A DNA stretch of 40,553 bases from Neolecta irregularis DAH-3. Lineage: Eukaryota. The position numbers and the translations under genes are program-made. This document shows positions 24,001 to 37,451 of the stretch, piece by piece. The DNA lies in assembly GCA_001929475.1 (NCBI GenBank), contig LXFE01002311.1, positions 1 to 40,553 on the forward strand. Reading direction: 5' to 3'. Below the pieces are notes generated by a model. That model was not told the DNA's origin and did not search any database. It saw only the letters and a list, made by a program, of their open reading frames with translations. Each line of letters starts with the position of its first letter. Positions within the stretch are counted from its first letter, which is position 1.

Positions 24001-25623
24001 TCACACCTTGGCAACACTCCCCTCCCATACGCTCTCAAGCTTTTCAGACCAATTAGCCATTGCATTGCATCGCTCAATTTCTGCCTTTGTCCGCACATCA
24101 AGTTCCAATCTACCCGAAGTTTGATCAATTCGCCCATTCAACTTCTCATCCAGGATTAAGGACACCAACAACTCTTCCACCTCTCGCGGCGATATTTTCA
24201 ATGATCTAGAGAGCCGTTCAGTTGAAATCCGAGTATATGGCTTGATCATCTTGAGAAGCACTTGACTACGGATATTCTTCAGCACATCATCGATATAATG
24301 GCGAATGAAAGGATCTCCCATGATATCTTTCTTGTTATTTCGAAGGATTCTCTCAAATTCATGAATCTCATGCCCTTGGTAAGCGTTGACGAGGTCTGTC
24401 ATTGCTGCAATTTCAGGATGTGAAGAATATCTACAATTAGCTAAATTACCTGTATCAAAACATACGGTTTGGTTTCCTGAGACTCAAAAGGGTTGATCTG
24501 AGAATCCATCAACATATTTGCAAGTACAACGTATTTTAGAACTTGGATCCGTTGAAGTGAGCCAGCTTCGTCGTAGTTTTTGAAACTCTCAAAGAAATCT
24601 GTCTGTGCCTTGTCCCATTGTTCTATCCCATTAGAGCGAAACTTTGGTAAAGCAGCTGCACCTTCACCCATATGCATTTTTCCGCCGCATTCCCGAATGA
24701 TACCCATGATCCGAGGATGAGGAATGGCCGATTTGATATTTGAAGTCTTATTATATAATTCCTAAAGAGTCAATTCAGTCTGTAGAAATATTACTTTGAG
24801 TTTCTTATTGTTCTTAGTTTCCGTGTACATTTGAATTTCTAGAGCGTAAACTTCCAACAAGTAGGTTCCTCTTGACTGATCATCACTTCCGTCACTACGC
24901 TGACAAGCAGCATGTAACTCTTTCAGAATCTAGATTAAGCCTAAATTTTCAGCAGAGACAGACCTTGGTCAATCGTAAGTACTCTTTCCGATCAAGCCAG
25001 AGCTTTGCCAATTTCAAGTTGGTCTTTAGCCATAAGCGATCATTTTTTGTTTCTTCCAACGTCTGGAGCGTTATCCGATAGAATTCCTCCATAAATGCCA
25101 TGTCATTGTCACTCGATATACTATCTGGAGTATGAGATATGAAAAGAGCTTAGCCAACCAAGAATGTTGTTAATGCTTTTCTCGCTCACATTTCTGGTCA
25201 CGGCATTTTTAGTGTACTTCAAAAGTTCTTGGTAATATTTGATAGTCTCCCAGTTAGCTCAATGATGGGAAGGGAATGAAATTACATTGGCTCTATCCCC
25301 CTGCTTGAAGTAGAGTTTAATGACCTGCTTGTGCGCCTTGAATCCCCTGATCGATAAGAACTGTAAAGATTTTGAGCGAGATACCAATCGCTTTTCTCTT
25401 CCTCTTGCTGAATAACGGCTTTGAATTCTTCAATAGCCGCTGGAGGGTCATCCTCCTTCAAACCTTTTTAGATCAGATCGGGATCACGAAACCCACGACC
25501 TTTAGCTTGATAATATTGATTTTCAATGTCTATATCTCCATCTTCTGCTTCCTCATCGTCCTCATATTCGAAATCATAGTCCTCATCAGCAGCATCTTCG
25601 AGCATAAAATCATCGTCTGACAT
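24001..25623 (-). CDS. CSN2: COP9 signalosome subunit 2
   Basis: [67 protein letters not shown], and a PCI domain (IKPYTRI). Confidence 0.95.
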
Positions 25624-26066
25624 GGTGATTGAGCTATATGAGGTTTCAGAGAATTTGGTGGCGGGTGACGTCTATCCAAGTTCAATTCACTTCTAAAGTT
25701 AATGAAGCAAAACTGACTATTAATAATCGTACACCGGTATACCGTAAATGTATACGACTTTTGGCTGGTAGGATACACAAATTTCAAAGGCGTTTGTATA
25801 GTATTTGAGGTCCACTAGAGAAAAGAAAAATGCGGGTTCACTCACAGCATCCGAGCAGTGATTGTCTCTGAACATTGATTGCATGTACTCTGATAAACTG
25901 AATCAGTCAAGATCTTTCAAAGTAATCATCGATATGCTGAGAGGCGGCGCCAAAGATCAGGGAAACAGGATAGAGATTTAAAAGACGTTGATAGCTATTG
26001 ACAAGACATGCATTTGATTGGGATGATTTATTCTCTGTCAATGTGATACAAGTGCTTCTTATGCAA

Positions 26067-26516
26067 CTAAGAACTTTCAGGAGCAGGCTTGGGTTGTCGT
26101 TTAGCGACGCCTTGACCTAGTTTATCAGCAGTATTTCAATTTACTAGTCCATACGAAATCCATTTTTAAATCGGCGGTTGACATCTTTGAGATATGACTA
26201 AATAATAAGCCATGATTGTGACGACAAGATAATCCTACCATTCGTCCGGTTCCAGTTGTGCGTCTTCTCTTGGCCTTCACTGCCCAGTTGTACGATCTCA
26301 TCTTGGCTCTTGGATATCCACAGCTTGCACATGAGTGCTTCTGGATGTGAAAGGCACGTTGTCCACACCGTCGACTATTTGACTTTAATATCTACCCCAA
26401 TACTCGGGGGTATATATACCAACAGGTATGGGTTTTATTGTGTCGCTTACCAAACGAGCTCGTACCCTAGAAAAATAAATATTCAGTCCTCTTTCCGTTG
26501 GTTATACCTTGGTCAT
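26067..26516 (-). CDS. RPL37: 60S ribosomal protein eL37 (5 exons; absent from the ORF track)
   Basis: Manual splicing gives [94 protein letters not shown], with four GT-AG introns. Confidence 0.95.
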
Positions 26517-26679
26517 TTAGAAGAGCTGCTGACTATGGCTTGTTGGTGGTGCTTGAATTTGACTGCTTTTCGCGACAACCAACATAATTTCTTAACCCGA
26601 TATATTAAGGACCTTTCCGTTGATCACCTGAAAACCTGCTGGTAATAGCCGTTGATGTTTACAAAAACCGATTGTGCCA

Positions 26680-28220
26680 ATGGGCGTGTATATTCGTCCC
26701 CATCAATTAGATGGACTGAAAAAGTAAGCAAGTCTATGGGTAACCTAATCAGGATAGGTATAAATACAGCGGTATCGACAAAAGTTTGGTCTCTCGGTTC
26801 ATCTTGGGACCATACTGGAGTGCTCTTGTTAAATTATTTCCCTGCTGGGTCGCTCCAAACGCTGTATTTCTGCAAGATTTAATATCGACTGAGGGCAGAT
26901 AACTCTTTTGGGTTTTGGATTTGTCATTATCAACTTTTTCACAATGCTCTACTACGATCCCGACCTCGACACCGAGTGCCCGCGATGGGTTTATGCTTCG
27001 TGGGCCGCAGGAATATTTATCTATCAGTCTTTGGATGCAATTGTAAGGCATCATCCTGCTGAGGAGCTTATAGCGAGGATGGAAAGCAAGCTCGAAGGAC
27101 GGGTACTCATGGACCTTTAGGTGAAATATTTGATCACGGTATAAAGTTACACTCCTGTTTATCCATTAAAAAATAGGAGTGGACTCTCTCAATACAACTC
27201 TTGAGTCCATTCTCATAGCGTCTGCTTTAAATCTGGGCTCCTCATGGTCATCTTTGATTTGTCAATTTGCTGGTAAGTTGCCCTTGATATTTGGACTGAG
27301 TGATAGCAATTTACACGTGATAAGCCCGCTACCGCTCTCAGCTCATATGTTAGCTTTTATCTGACGACGTGGGAAGAATATGTATATCGGCCAGTCGTCG
27401 TCATCTTACGATTAGCACACCGGTACTCTCTATCTCCCGTATATCTCCGGGCCTGTCGAAGGCATATTGATTATCGCCTTATGTTATTGTATCACAGCAA
27501 TTAAAGGCACGCCTTCCCTCAAATCTAATACTTAAACCAGGCGTCCATTTCTGGGAACAAACCGTTTTCAGTGTCATCCATATCACTGCGCCAAAAGCTT
27601 TTCCGGCTTATATTAAAACCTTCAGAGTAAATGATTCGTTTGTTGCTTTTGGCATGGCATCTTTAACACTTGGCATTGTTGCCGCGTATGCCTTCCACCA
27701 GTATATTACTGACCCCATTAGTTGTATCAACGTAGTCCAATTCCGCAGGAAAGAAGGTCTTTCGTCTCTGCGACCTTTGCTCGATCTTTTGCCATTCACG
27801 CTTGGAATATCCTTGTCTGTTGCTTGGATATACGCAAACCCAATCCTTCTTGAGCGTATGGTTCTACTAGAATGTACAATTGGTACAGTCTTCTCCTATA
27901 CAGTGGGACATGTCATCGTACGGCATGTTACCAAATCCGAATTTTCGTACTGGAACAAGCTTTTAACACCGTTGTTGTTCTTTTGGGCTGATTCATATCT
28001 TCTGCCATTCTATGGCTTGTAAGTGTCCCATTTCGTTCTCTGGCTTATAGAAAGCAAATCCTCCCTGGCAGGGGAAAATTCTGTTCTATGGTTATACGCT
28101 TATTTTGGACTTGCTGTTGGAATCCATGGAAGTTTTTGCATTGATGTTATCTATACCATGTGCGACTATTTCGATATGAACTGTCTCACAATAAAATATC
28201 AAGATAAAAAGACCAAATAG
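26680..28220 (+). CDS. Choline/ethanolamine phosphotransferase (CDP-alcohol phosphatidyltransferase, CPT1/EPT1-like)
   Basis: [74 protein letters not shown], and TTWEEY|HTGTLYL. Confidence 0.92.
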
Positions 28221-28279
28221 ACGGTGTGCAAGCTGTGAAGGATCAATGTTATGATAGATAAAACTCTTTATATCTACGT

Positions 28280-30261
<1,982 letters not shown>

Positions 30262-30646
30262 TTAAAATCAAAATGAGCCATTCAGATTAAGTCAGATAAT
30301 AACTCGTATAAAGACCTAATGGTGCAATTCTAGGACAAATCGCGCAATTTTCTTTTCCTTTTTCGACTTGATGAAATGTTCAGTTCCCCGTATTTAATCA
30401 AACAAGGAGTACAATGTTCGTTTTCGGTCCTTGAAAATCTACGACTGTCGTTTGGATCGGCGAAATCCGTTTCATGGGAAAACAGTATAAGAGTATAATT
30501 CGCGCTAGCAAACAATCTCGAGTTACTTGAAACCATAAAAAGAAATAACGAGAAATAAAGTAAATAGGCTTTAGACATTACTCTAAACCTTTTCACTTCC
30601 CCCCCTGACGCCCCCTCGCCAATAGTCTGGATATATTTCTGTTCTA

Positions 30647-31123
30647 CTACCCTTCGATCCCATCTATCTCGTTTTGGGATGTAATCGATTTATCTTCTTT
30701 TAGAGTCGACGTGACTCGCATCGCTTGCGCTTCAGACCCTCTGCCTATCTCTATACCATTTACTGTTGCATCTGACAGTTGCGGATTCGGTGTTGATTCC
30801 ATAGACACATTTACAATATTCATTTCAGTGTCTTCGATGATGGCTGATTCTTCGTCAGACTCATCCAATATGGGCACCCATTTGTAAACTTTCCATATTG
30901 GTGGCGCTACCGTATTCTTTGGGTTTTTCGAACTTGCTCCAACAGAGGGTGGGGAAACCCAGACTTTCCTCCTGGCTGTTAAAATAACTACACATCTACA
31001 CACAAGATACCATTTTCGAATAGATCCATCGTATGGGTCATCCGCGGAGGTGTGAACAGGTAAGGACGGTTGTGGCTGATGGCCCTGGCTTTTCATAGTG
31101 GCTCGATTCCAACGTGCTGACAT
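30647..31123 (-). CDS. Small protein with a BCL7-like N-terminal motif (candidate SWI/SNF ARP-module subunit)
   Basis: Removing the 39-nt GT-AG intron (30972-31010) gives MSARWNRATMKS...SIRKWRKVWV...WKVYKWVPI, followed by an acidic disordered tail. Confidence 0.6.
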   Translation of the reverse strand: MSARWNRATMKSQGHQPQPSLPVHTSADDPYDGSIRKWYLVCRCVVILTARRKVWVSPPSVGASSKNPKNTVAPPIWKVYKWVPILDESDEESAIIEDTEMNIVNVSMESTPNPQLSDATVNGIEIGRGSEAQAMRVTSTLKEDKSITSQNEIDGIEG

Positions 31124-31527
31124 TACTGAGAGAAGCGCCGCGGTAAATCCACGTGGGTAATATTTATGGCTTGGTTGCGCTTTCCGTCCTGGTTTGGAGC
31201 GACGGCTGGTTGGTTTCGTGATGTTTACCCGATTGGACAAACCACCAAAACCAGCGACAAATGTCTTGCTTCTCCAACTTGCTGAAAGATTTCCCTTGAT
31301 ACAAGATTTTATCAATTAACGTTTTTCTCATTTGTTTATTATGATTATTAGAGTCGGGCGCCGATCGGCGGCTCGGCTATGTCGTGCACAAGCTCCAGTT
31401 TAACAGCAAACTACACACTGTATATAAACTTTGCTCCTATGTCAAATTTCCATGTTGATTTTGTTTTTTAGATTATAATCCGCCCTTACTCGTTCGTCTA
31501 CGTTATTATTTCATTGCTAGAAATGTG

Positions 31528-31532
31528 AAAAA
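31528..31532 (-). terminator. RNA polymerase III T5 terminator for the tRNA-Gln gene
   Basis: TTTTT on the minus strand begins 2 nt after the tRNA 3' end. Confidence 0.7.
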
Positions 31533-31534
31533 GT

Positions 31535-31634
31535 AGGTCCTACCGGGGATTGAACCCGGGTTGCCGGAAAATACTGCGACCCAGTTAGGCTGCGAAAGTC
31601 AGAATCCGAAGTGCTACCGCTACACCATAGAACC
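31535..31634 (-). tRNA. tRNA-Gln(CUG) with a 29-nt intron
   Basis: Reverse complement is GGTTCTATGGTGTAGCGGTAGCACTTCGGATT-CTG-A[29-nt intron]TTCCGGCAACCCGGGTTCAATCCCCGGTAGGACCT. Acceptor stem, D arm and TTCAA T-loop are present. Confidence 0.92.
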
Positions 31635-31865
31635 GTGTCGATATAATTGCTGAATTCTACAAATTTTAGGTGACACAACGAAAATTACCTTACTGCCGCC
31701 GTTTCCGATCTGATAATATTATGATATTCAGATATTTCAATGTAGATTTATGTTTCAAAGTCTAGATACTGAATTAAAATGTATCCTATTTTCCTGATTC
31801 TTGGTTTGTGAGGTGAGATGGAAAGGATATGAGAATTGGACCAACCAAAAGTTTTCCCACAAGCA

Positions 31866-33811
31866 ATGTCCCAACCCCTTGACCAAAACCTTACACTAGG
31901 CGAAGCCCCTGCAGAGGAAGAAATCATTCTTGGGTAATATTTTACTGATTTTGAATTCAATGGTGGGAGTTACTGATTACATCAAGGGAAGACGGAAAAC
32001 CACTTTCTAAACAGGCTTTGAAGAAGTTACACGCGCAGAGGGAAAAGGCAATTAAAAAAGCGGAACGAGCAGCTCAACTATCTGCTGAAAAAGCGGCAAA
32101 AGATACTGCAGAGGTACGTTTACCCTGCGCCCTTTGACCCAAAAAGAGAGTATGTTTATCAGGATTAGGATTTCGCTAGGGATAGGTATGGTAAATTACC
32201 GATGATAATGTCTACGCGCCGAACCGGTAAGTCTTGCCATTTATTAGATTAACTTTAAGGTGAACAAAGAGTTAGAATTGGCGATATTAAAGGCGACGAT
32301 GACGGCACCGAAATCATTTTACGAGCTCGAGTTCATACTTCTCGTCTTCAAGGTATATTGCAGTGCACAATTCCACGTTGAAATATTTTAGGCAACAAAA
32401 TGTGTTTTTTGGCATTACGGCAACAGGTGGATACTGTTCAAGGATTAGTTCAAGTAGATAACCATTTCGTTTCAAAACAAATGGTTAAATGGGCCGCTGG
32501 AATTTCTCTTGAATCGATTGTTCTTGTTCATGGAAAGATTTCACGGGCGCCAGAGTTGGTCAAAAGTACTACTATTCAAGATGCCGAGATCCATATAACA
32601 AAGGTATGTCTTTGGATATAAAGTAACTTTACACATAGATATACATTCTCTCGGAAGCCGCGTGTCCGCTTCCAATTGGAATTGAAGACGCTACCCGTCC
32701 TCGCGTTGAAACCGCTGAAACCGAAGAAGATGATGAAGATTCAACTCTAGCAGGCGTTAACCTGAAAACCCGTCTCGACAACCGAGTAATCGACCTCAGA
32801 ACACCAACCTCGCAAGCCATTTTTCGCATTCGAAGTGGAATTTCATCATTATTCCGCGAATACCTTTCTCGCCATTCATTCACTGAAATCAGTACCCCGA
32901 AAATCATTGGAGCGGCAAGTGAAGGTGGCTCTAATGTATTCAAATTGAGTTATTTCAAGGGAACAGCATATCTGGCTCAATCGCCTCAATTATACAAACA
33001 AATGATGATTACAGCTGATTTCGAACGAGTATTTGAAATTGGTCCTGTTTTTCGAGCAGAGAATAGTTTTACGCATCGTCATATGACTGAATTCGTTGGC
33101 CTCGATTTAGAAATGACGTTTGAAGAGCATTATCATGAAGTAGTTGAATTCATCGAGCAGTTATTTCTGTTTATTTTCAAAGGATTACAAGAGAAATTTC
33201 GTGCCGAGATTGAGATTGTGAGGAGACAGTACCCTGTTGAAGAATTTCAATTGCCAGAGGGAAAACCTGTACGATTGACATTTAAAGATGGAGTACAATT
33301 TTTGAGAGAGGCGGGGAGAGAAGTGGACGAGTTGGAGGATTTGAGGTGAAATTAATGTCTGGAAAGTACTAATTTACAGTACTGCTGATGAGAAATTGCT
33401 CGGAAGATTGGTCAAGGAAAAGTATCATACTGATTTCTACGTGCTTGACAAGTTCCCATTGGCCGTGCGGCCATTTTATACGATGCCGGATCCTCAAAAC
33501 CCGGTAATGAGACCAAAATATTTTGCTAATGGCAGGAATACTCTAATAGTTATGACTTTTTCATGAGGGGAGAAGAGATTCTTTCAGGGGCGCAACGAAT
33601 CCACGATTCAGGGTTTCTTGCAGAACGAATCAAAGCATGTGGAATAGATTCAGCGGATTTACAAGATTACATTGGGGCATTTCGATATGGAGCACCACCT
33701 CACGCAGGAGGCGGCATTGGGCTGGAGCGGGTAGTGATGTTTTACCTTGGGTTGGGAAATATCCGACTTGCAAGTGCTTTTCCAAGAGATCCGAAACGAT
33801 TGAACCCATAG
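31866..33811 (+). CDS. DPS1: Cytoplasmic aspartyl-tRNA synthetase
   Basis: [74 protein letters not shown] and FPRDPKRL. Confidence 0.97.
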
Positions 33812-33880
33812 CAGCCTATATACAAGTAGATGCGTTATAAATTGAAGCAATGCGCGTATTGTAACATAACTCGAAGCAAT

Positions 33881-34755
33881 CTAGTTCATTAATGAACCAA
33901 AGTTCATGTAGGGAGAGTAAGGGCCATCCTGAGTGTTAGAATGAGAAGAGCATATTTTACCTGAGGACAGAAACAAGGGACGATTCTTCCTGGGAGATCG
34001 TCGTCTGTGATGACATGAAAACAGCGATGGCCGCGTTCCTTTAATTCCATCGACATTGCGGTGACAAGGAAGCCGACGTCAAGGCTGTCTTCGTCTTCAA
34101 AGAGGATAATGTTTGCCTCTGATTTTGCCTGTTTTAGGGCAAGAGGGTGGCGCTCGAGGACGGTGACAATGAACTCTGGGCCGCGCTGGAAGAGGGAGAA
34201 GAGCCATACGCGTCTGCGGGCATCCATTGCTCTGAAGCCGTCCTGGACAAAGTGCTTGTTAGCCTCGAGGGTCTGGTAGAGGCGCTTTGTGAGGGCCTCG
34301 TGGACTGTGCCGATGTATTTGAGCTGGCGGGTGGAGAAGGGGCGGAGGACGCGTTTTTGGAGCAGGCGGTGGTCTGCGGGGGCCAGATCTGCGCAGGAGG
34401 CTGTGAAGGACCAGAGACCAAAGACTCCTGCGATGAAGCGCTCCATTTCGAGCTTGCCCGAGTCCTTTGATGATTTTTCTGGAGGCGGCTGCACGTAGAG
34501 GGCGAGTTTGAAGGCGGCCTGTTCGATTGCGCGCAGGCGGAGGAGGGAGCGGAGACGGTAGTGGTGCGGGAAGGCGGCGAGGGTGAGATGCGGGAAAGCA
34601 AGGGAGCGGGGAAGGGCGGAGCGGGAGAGGGAGAGCTCGTTTGCGGCGATGAGATGGCGGAAACGGGTGCAAGTCTGGCGCAGGGCGAGCAGAGCGGGCG
34701 CGGCACAGCGGTCAAAGATGTGCAGCCAGACATCGTGGGGGGATGAAGCAGCCAT
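33881..34755 (-). CDS. F-box domain protein
   Basis: N-terminal PHDVWLHIFDRC..ALLALRQTCTRFRHLI F-box pattern in a 283-codon ORF. A probable terminal intron at 33929-33960 (gtaaaa..ctaac..cag) gives ..CPQ|DGPYSPYMNFGSLMN*. Confidence 0.7.
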
Positions 34756-34955
34756 AACAAGCGTAGAGATGGGATGGGACGGGGGGATGGAGGTGGGAGA
34801 CGAATGGAAGATGAAGGCGGATGGAGGTCATTAGAGAAGGGCACGCCTAATATATACACCACGTAGGTACCCCGGGCAAATGCACACTAAATGTATGCGC
34901 ATATGCACCAAATATATGCATGCTGAATATATAAAGCGAGCATCCGCACTCGCGC

Positions 34956-36118
34956 TCAGTTGATTATCCGGTCTACGCCCTGCCACACGTCGTCTTCAAT
35001 GCGCCCCGGCACATGTTCGCTCGCGGTGCCTGTCCACACGCCTGTCCGCACCAGCATGCTCTCCCAGCCGTAGTTGTTGGCGCCCTGGATGTCTCCCGTC
35101 AGCGCCGCACTACGCTCTTGATACCGCTCTCGGGATTGTCGCCCACCATAAACACCGCGCTGTCCTCGCTGTAGCCCAGCTCCCGCCGCTGCCTCCTCAG
35201 CTTCTCATCCGCATACGCATACGTCTCCCGGGACGGCTTGCCAATGCTCGCGCAGTTGAGCTGCCGCCCCGTAAACCGCGCATACAGTTCCTCTACAAGC
35301 ATCCGGAACGCGCCCTGCCCAAACCGCGGGTACGGGTAGTCGTTCGCCCACAGAAAATCAGGACTCGCGTCAGCACGGTCGCCCCAGAACCCTACTTGGA
35401 AAAGAACAACGGCGGCTCCTCGCGCCGCGCCGCGCCGACATGTCCCACCAAGCAGTCCACTATAATCTGCGCATCAGTCCCCCAGTCGCTTCACATCAGC
35501 AGCTTCCTTTTGTCACATACTCGGAATCGTGAAATACAAATATAGAATCGATATCGCGTGCAGAAATGTCCTTGGCAGGTAATGTCTCATCCACGTGATG
35601 CGCCAGCGGCCATATGCTGGAATTCCACCGCAACATATCAATCCGATTAATAGGATCCTCGAATCCATATCTCCCATTTAGTCTAGATCCCACCTAGACA
35701 TACCGTCTCGCAATTCCCGTACAAATCGGATTCCCCACTATAAATGGCGTCTTGTACCGTTGCGCATGTAACTGGAACGGCGTATGTGACTGAATTATCT
35801 GCTCGGGAAGAACTTCCACGCCCATTGTCCAGGATAATAACCTCGCCCGATCAGTCTCATGATGACCACCCCCATTCGTCAACAAGATAAATGGGATCCC
35901 CCGATCTTTAAGCGTCTGCAGAGTTTTCTGTCCAGCGGGAAGAGCTTTCGGGCCTTTTAAAAGGACCCCGTCGATACTAACGTTAGCTTTTGATTTGCAT
36001 TTCTATTGGTAACGGACTCGAAGGCGAATGAATATGGCGGATTGCTGCTTGAATATCTTCTATGTAGATGACTTTTCGAATACGTTCTATTCACTAGTGT
36101 GCGAAAACTTGGAAACAT
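34956..36118 (-). CDS. HAD-superfamily IIA hydrolase (CECR5/HDHD5-like, probably mitochondrial)
   Basis: Presequence, then FAFD|IDGVL, IPFILLTNGGG, IIQSHTP, NPDFLWANDYPYPRFGQGAF, GKPS, and MVGDNPES|DIQGANNYGWESMLVRTGV. Confidence 0.9.
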
Positions 36119-36447
36119 GGTGGTGGTTAGACCTCTGTTATTCACTCGTTCCAGGGAATTGGACTCTAGATACCAAATCGCCATTTTCTCACAGAGCAAG
36201 GACAATGTAATACATAGACGTCGAATATAGCAATTTGTGGTATAGCTTTTAGAAACTTGGTGACTCTACCGTCTTGTGGCAAAACTCGCTACGGAAAAAA
36301 CAATCCTTCGCTAACCTTGCCGATTGAATATTTTATTGAGAAAATCAGTCAAGATATGCACAGAAACCTAGAAGAAAAAAATCGACAGCCGACGATCCAA
36401 TCTTTTTAATTCTAAGTTCCAACACCCCACCAGAATTTCTTTTCTCC

Positions 36448-36874
36448 CTAGGCTTTTCTTCGGAACGAACATCCTTCCGTGAGACGAGCTTTTCCTCCTG
36501 TCGGTTGACATAAAACGGTCGAGCAAGACGCACACAGAACAACAGACTGAGCGTGCGAGAAAACAGTAGTAATGTTGAAACAACCGGGACACTTGAAAAA
36601 TTGTTCAAAATAAGGTCCAAAAGTGGGGTGAATACCTTGACGTCCATGAAAAAGGACCGGGGTCCTTGTACCAGCTGCTTTAATTTGTGTTGCTGTAATT
36701 GGGTTTCCTTTGACGGATGTAATAGGTCTTGTGTGAGAACCTATATTCACAGTTAGCATTTCCATCGATATAAAAACAGCAAGAACACGCCACTCTCCCA
36801 ATCCAAGCGGTACCCGTCCCCTCTGAATTATAAAGAGCAAACCAAATTTCAATAAGAAATAAAGGACGTACCAT
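36448..36874 (-). CDS. RPS27: 40S ribosomal protein eS27
   Basis: [75 protein letters not shown]. Confidence 0.96.
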
Positions 36875-37006
36875 GACGGATAAAGTATGGCGATAAAGAC
36901 GGAATACGAGAAAAAAGACACTCGGTGGAGACGATGCGGTGGTGAACTGCACTGCAGATTGCGTGACTTTCTCAAAATTTCAAAAAAGCTAATTTACGGT
37001 TAAAAT

Positions 37007-37014
37007 CAGTCACG
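37007..37014. promoter_or_regulatory. Homol-D-like box (CAGTCACG) upstream of RPS27
   Basis: CAGTCAC core ~135 nt upstream of the RPS27 ATG. Homol-D (CAGTCACA) is the known ribosomal-protein promoter element in fission yeast. Confidence 0.45.
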
Positions 37015-37451
37015 TGTTGAGAATGTTTTCGTTTGGGCAAGGTGTGCTCGAACGCTTCTTTATTTGAGAATTTGAATGGATGAAAACGATTAAATATGAT
37101 ATTTGGAATTGCCGGGACGTGGAGGGTACCTTTTATACGTAAACATGATTATGAATTGTATAATCGGTTGTGGATTCCTGATCATTACTCCACGCCCGCC
37201 CGCCGGAGGGTCGCCGGACGGGCGGTTGGACCCCACTGGACATACACTTCATTTAGCCTAATATCCATCCTACAATCCTTCTCACTGTTTACCCGGAATT
37301 AGTATGCTTCAAACCTCTATATTTCGTAATCAGCTATAACAATCACCAAAAGATTACTATATCATTTTGGTACCAAAGGCTATTTAACGAAGACCATCAG
37401 CCCCACTTTCTCACAAAGAATAAATCGTTTATTATTGTGGAATCAGTTATC

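Noticed and set aside
23013-25623. Apparent ubiquitin-system cluster (otubain beside CSN2; UBX, F-box and RING elsewhere)
   Set aside because: Such genes are abundant and are interspersed with unrelated housekeeping genes; there is no evidence of a co-regulated cluster.
25630-26060. Possible C/D snoRNA between CSN2 and RPL37 (several TGA/CTGA words)
   Set aside because: No canonical RTGATGA C box with a terminal stem and no recognisable rRNA guide sequence.
26256-26645. 129-aa plus-strand ORF
   Set aside because: It is antisense to RPL37, which explains the region.
33884-33897. 14-bp perfect palindrome GTTCATTAATGAAC
   Set aside because: A single AT-rich palindrome overlapping a predicted last exon, with no other support for function.
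34134-34862. Pro/Ser-rich 242-aa ORF and other overlapping ORFs
   Set aside because: They are alternative frames of the GC-rich F-box gene, where stop codons are scarce.
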